A stretch of 64,000 bases of DNA from Malacoraja senta (Eukaryota), in the NCBI GenBank assembly GCA_038087875.1, contig CM075996.1:9612001-9676000 (forward strand). The letters are read 5' to 3'. Shown here piece after piece: positions 61,898 through 64,000 of the stretch; positions within the stretch are counted from its first letter, which is position 1; each line of letters starts with the position of its first letter. The translations under genes and the position numbers were made by a program. The notes under the pieces were generated by a model. The model had not been told where the DNA came from, did no database searches, and saw nothing but the letters and a program-made list of their open reading frames with translations.

Positions 61898-63219
61898 GAG
61901 CTGGTTGGCTTCAGTGATGAATAAAACGGAGCTGGGCTCAGACAGCTGTCAGCAGCTGTGGACAGATGTGGGAGGGAGCTCAGTGACAGATGTTGGGTCC
62001 CTGATGTTCCTGACGTTCCTGCTTCCCTTCCAGGGTCCGGACGCCCGGGGTCTTGGCCCTCGACAGCAGGGGAGGAGGGAGGGGGTGGGGTAACGTGTCT
62101 AAACATTGAGGCACTGGGCCCGTACTCGCTGGAGAATGAGGGGGGTCATCATTGAAACATCAAATACTGGATAGAGTGGATAGAGTGGACGTGGAGAAGA
62201 TGTTTCCACTAGTGGAGAGTCTAGAAACAAAGGTCACGGCCTCAGAATTAAAGGACGCTTCTTTAGGACGGAGAAGAGGAAGAATGTCTTTAGTCAGCGG
62301 GTGGTGAATCTGTGGAATTCATTGCCACAGACAGCTGTGGAGTCCAAGTCAATGGATATTTTTAAGGCAGAGATAGAAAGATTCTTGATTAGTACGGGTG
62401 TCAGGGGTTAAGACTAGAGGGAGTGGCTTTACAGTCAGAGGGACGAAGTGTAAAAGAGAAGTGAGGAGGAGTTTTTACACAGAGGGTGTGGGTGCCTGGA
62501 ACGAGCTGCCAGGGGTTGGTGGTGGAGACAGATACGACAGTGGTGTTTAAGAAGCTATTGGATAGGCACATGGATGTGCAGGGGAATGGAGGGATATGGA
62601 TCACGTGCAGATTGATAAGTGTTGCTCTTGGCATCATGTTCGACAGAGACATTGAGGGCCGCAGGGCCTGTAGTTGCCCTGTACTGTTCCAAGATCTATA
62701 ACAGGAACAGGGTCAAAGGTTAAAGGTCAATAAGGACAAGGACACAGGTTAAAGGTCATAAGCAGGAGCTCCGTACGGTGGCGCCGTATGATGGCAGCCT
62801 CGCCAACAGTCTGTATCGTATTTCCGTCCACACTGCGGCCTAACATCGTGGAGCTGACGGCATCTTGCCAGGATCGACTTCGGGAACTCCAACCACGGGA
62901 GCCTGCGGACGTAACCTCGTGGAGCAAACGGTCCCTTGGTTAGGGACCGACTTCGGGAGCTCCAACCGCAGGAGCTTCGATCGCCCCGACGCGGGAGCTT
63001 CGATCGCCCCAACTGCGGATGGTTTCGACTGCCCCAACCGCGGGAGAATAAGGAGGGAAGAAGATTAGACTTTAACGCCGTCCATCACAATGGAGACACT
63101 ATGGTGGATGTTTATGTTAACTTTTATGTAGTTGTGCGTCTTGTTGCTTTTCTGTATGACTGGCGGCAAATCAAATTACATACTTGGCTAATAAATTAAT
63201 TACAAATTACTTTTCGGTT

Positions 63220-63745
63220 TGCGCTTCCGGAACTGTGCACACGGCAGCCAGCCAACAGTCCATCGCCTTTTCCTTTACTTTTACTTATTGCTATTTTATT
63301 CTGTATGTTTCGGTTCGTTAGTTAGTTTAATGCACCAAGTTGTGGTGGGGGAAAGTTTTTATCTCCGTCCTGGTTGGGGAGATACTTTTTCACCGTGTCT
63401 CTGTCTCTGCGCTACAACAACTGGGCTCTTTGTTGTCTACACCAGGGATCAACTGTTGGAGCTACGACCGTCCCGGCGGCTGGCCTCGCCAGGGTCACAT
63501 CAGAAACCCACAAGGAACTGAGGAGGAAATACTGAGGAGGGATGCCGGTCGGAGGCACGAGTCACGAGTCACACTCGCCTTCCATCACAACGGGGAACGT
63601 GAGATCCATCACTGGCGAACAAGATGGACGAGCTAGCTGCACTGGTGAGGACCCAGAGGGAGTGCCGTGACAGCAGTGTCATGTGTTTCACTGAGACATG
63701 GCTCCACATCGCTGAGTTTAACGCGTGTGGGCGGCTTTCAGACTG
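63220..63745 (+). mobile_element. 5' end of a Rex/Babar/L2-type LINE (5' UTR + start of APE endonuclease)
   Basis: NKMDELAALVRTQRECRDSSVMCFTETWLH read at ~63618-63707. Confidence 0.75.
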
Positions 63746-64000
63746 CTCGGGCCGACAGATTCCGTTAGACCCAAGAAGCTAAATCTAACTCTCTCTTGAA
63801 AACAAGAGAGTTAGAATGGGGTTGGAGGGAGAGATAGATCAGCCATGATTGAATGGCGGAGTAGACTTATTGGGCCGAATGGCCTCATTCTGCTCTCTAT
63901 CACATGAACATAAAGCTAAGCCATGTAGTCAGCAACAAGGTGACGGAGCAGCAAAGCTGGGTTGGCTTCAGTGATGAATAAACGGAGCTGGGCTCGGGAC

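Overview
Eukaryotic, repeat-dense genomic DNA. The repeat complement (HE1/V-SINE-like tRNA SINEs, CR1, L2 and Rex/Babar-like LINEs, Penelope-like elements) points to a cartilaginous fish, probably a skate or ray; this is an inference. The only protein-coding gene I can support is XRCC6 (Ku70) on the minus strand. Eight GT-AG coding exons (20041 down to 1459) splice in frame to about 426 codons, and the 3' exons lie off the left edge. A probable non-coding first exon and CpG-island promoter sits at about 25.1-25.4 kb, followed by a GC-rich minisatellite. The right ~38 kb is intergenic: nested transposons, mini/microsatellites and a few unique segments that may be regulatory. The most notable non-gene signals are: (1) about two dozen copies of a minimal hammerhead-ribozyme-like motif carried by Penelope-like terminal repeats; (2) a three-layer nested insertion (minisatellite < LINE fragment < hAT-like element) at the promoter; (3) a family of bipartite non-autonomous LINE derivatives; (4) inverted SINE pairs bracketing XRCC6 exons. 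I see no evidence of a wholly new multi-gene system. Repeat boundaries are approximate; exon boundaries were read base by base.
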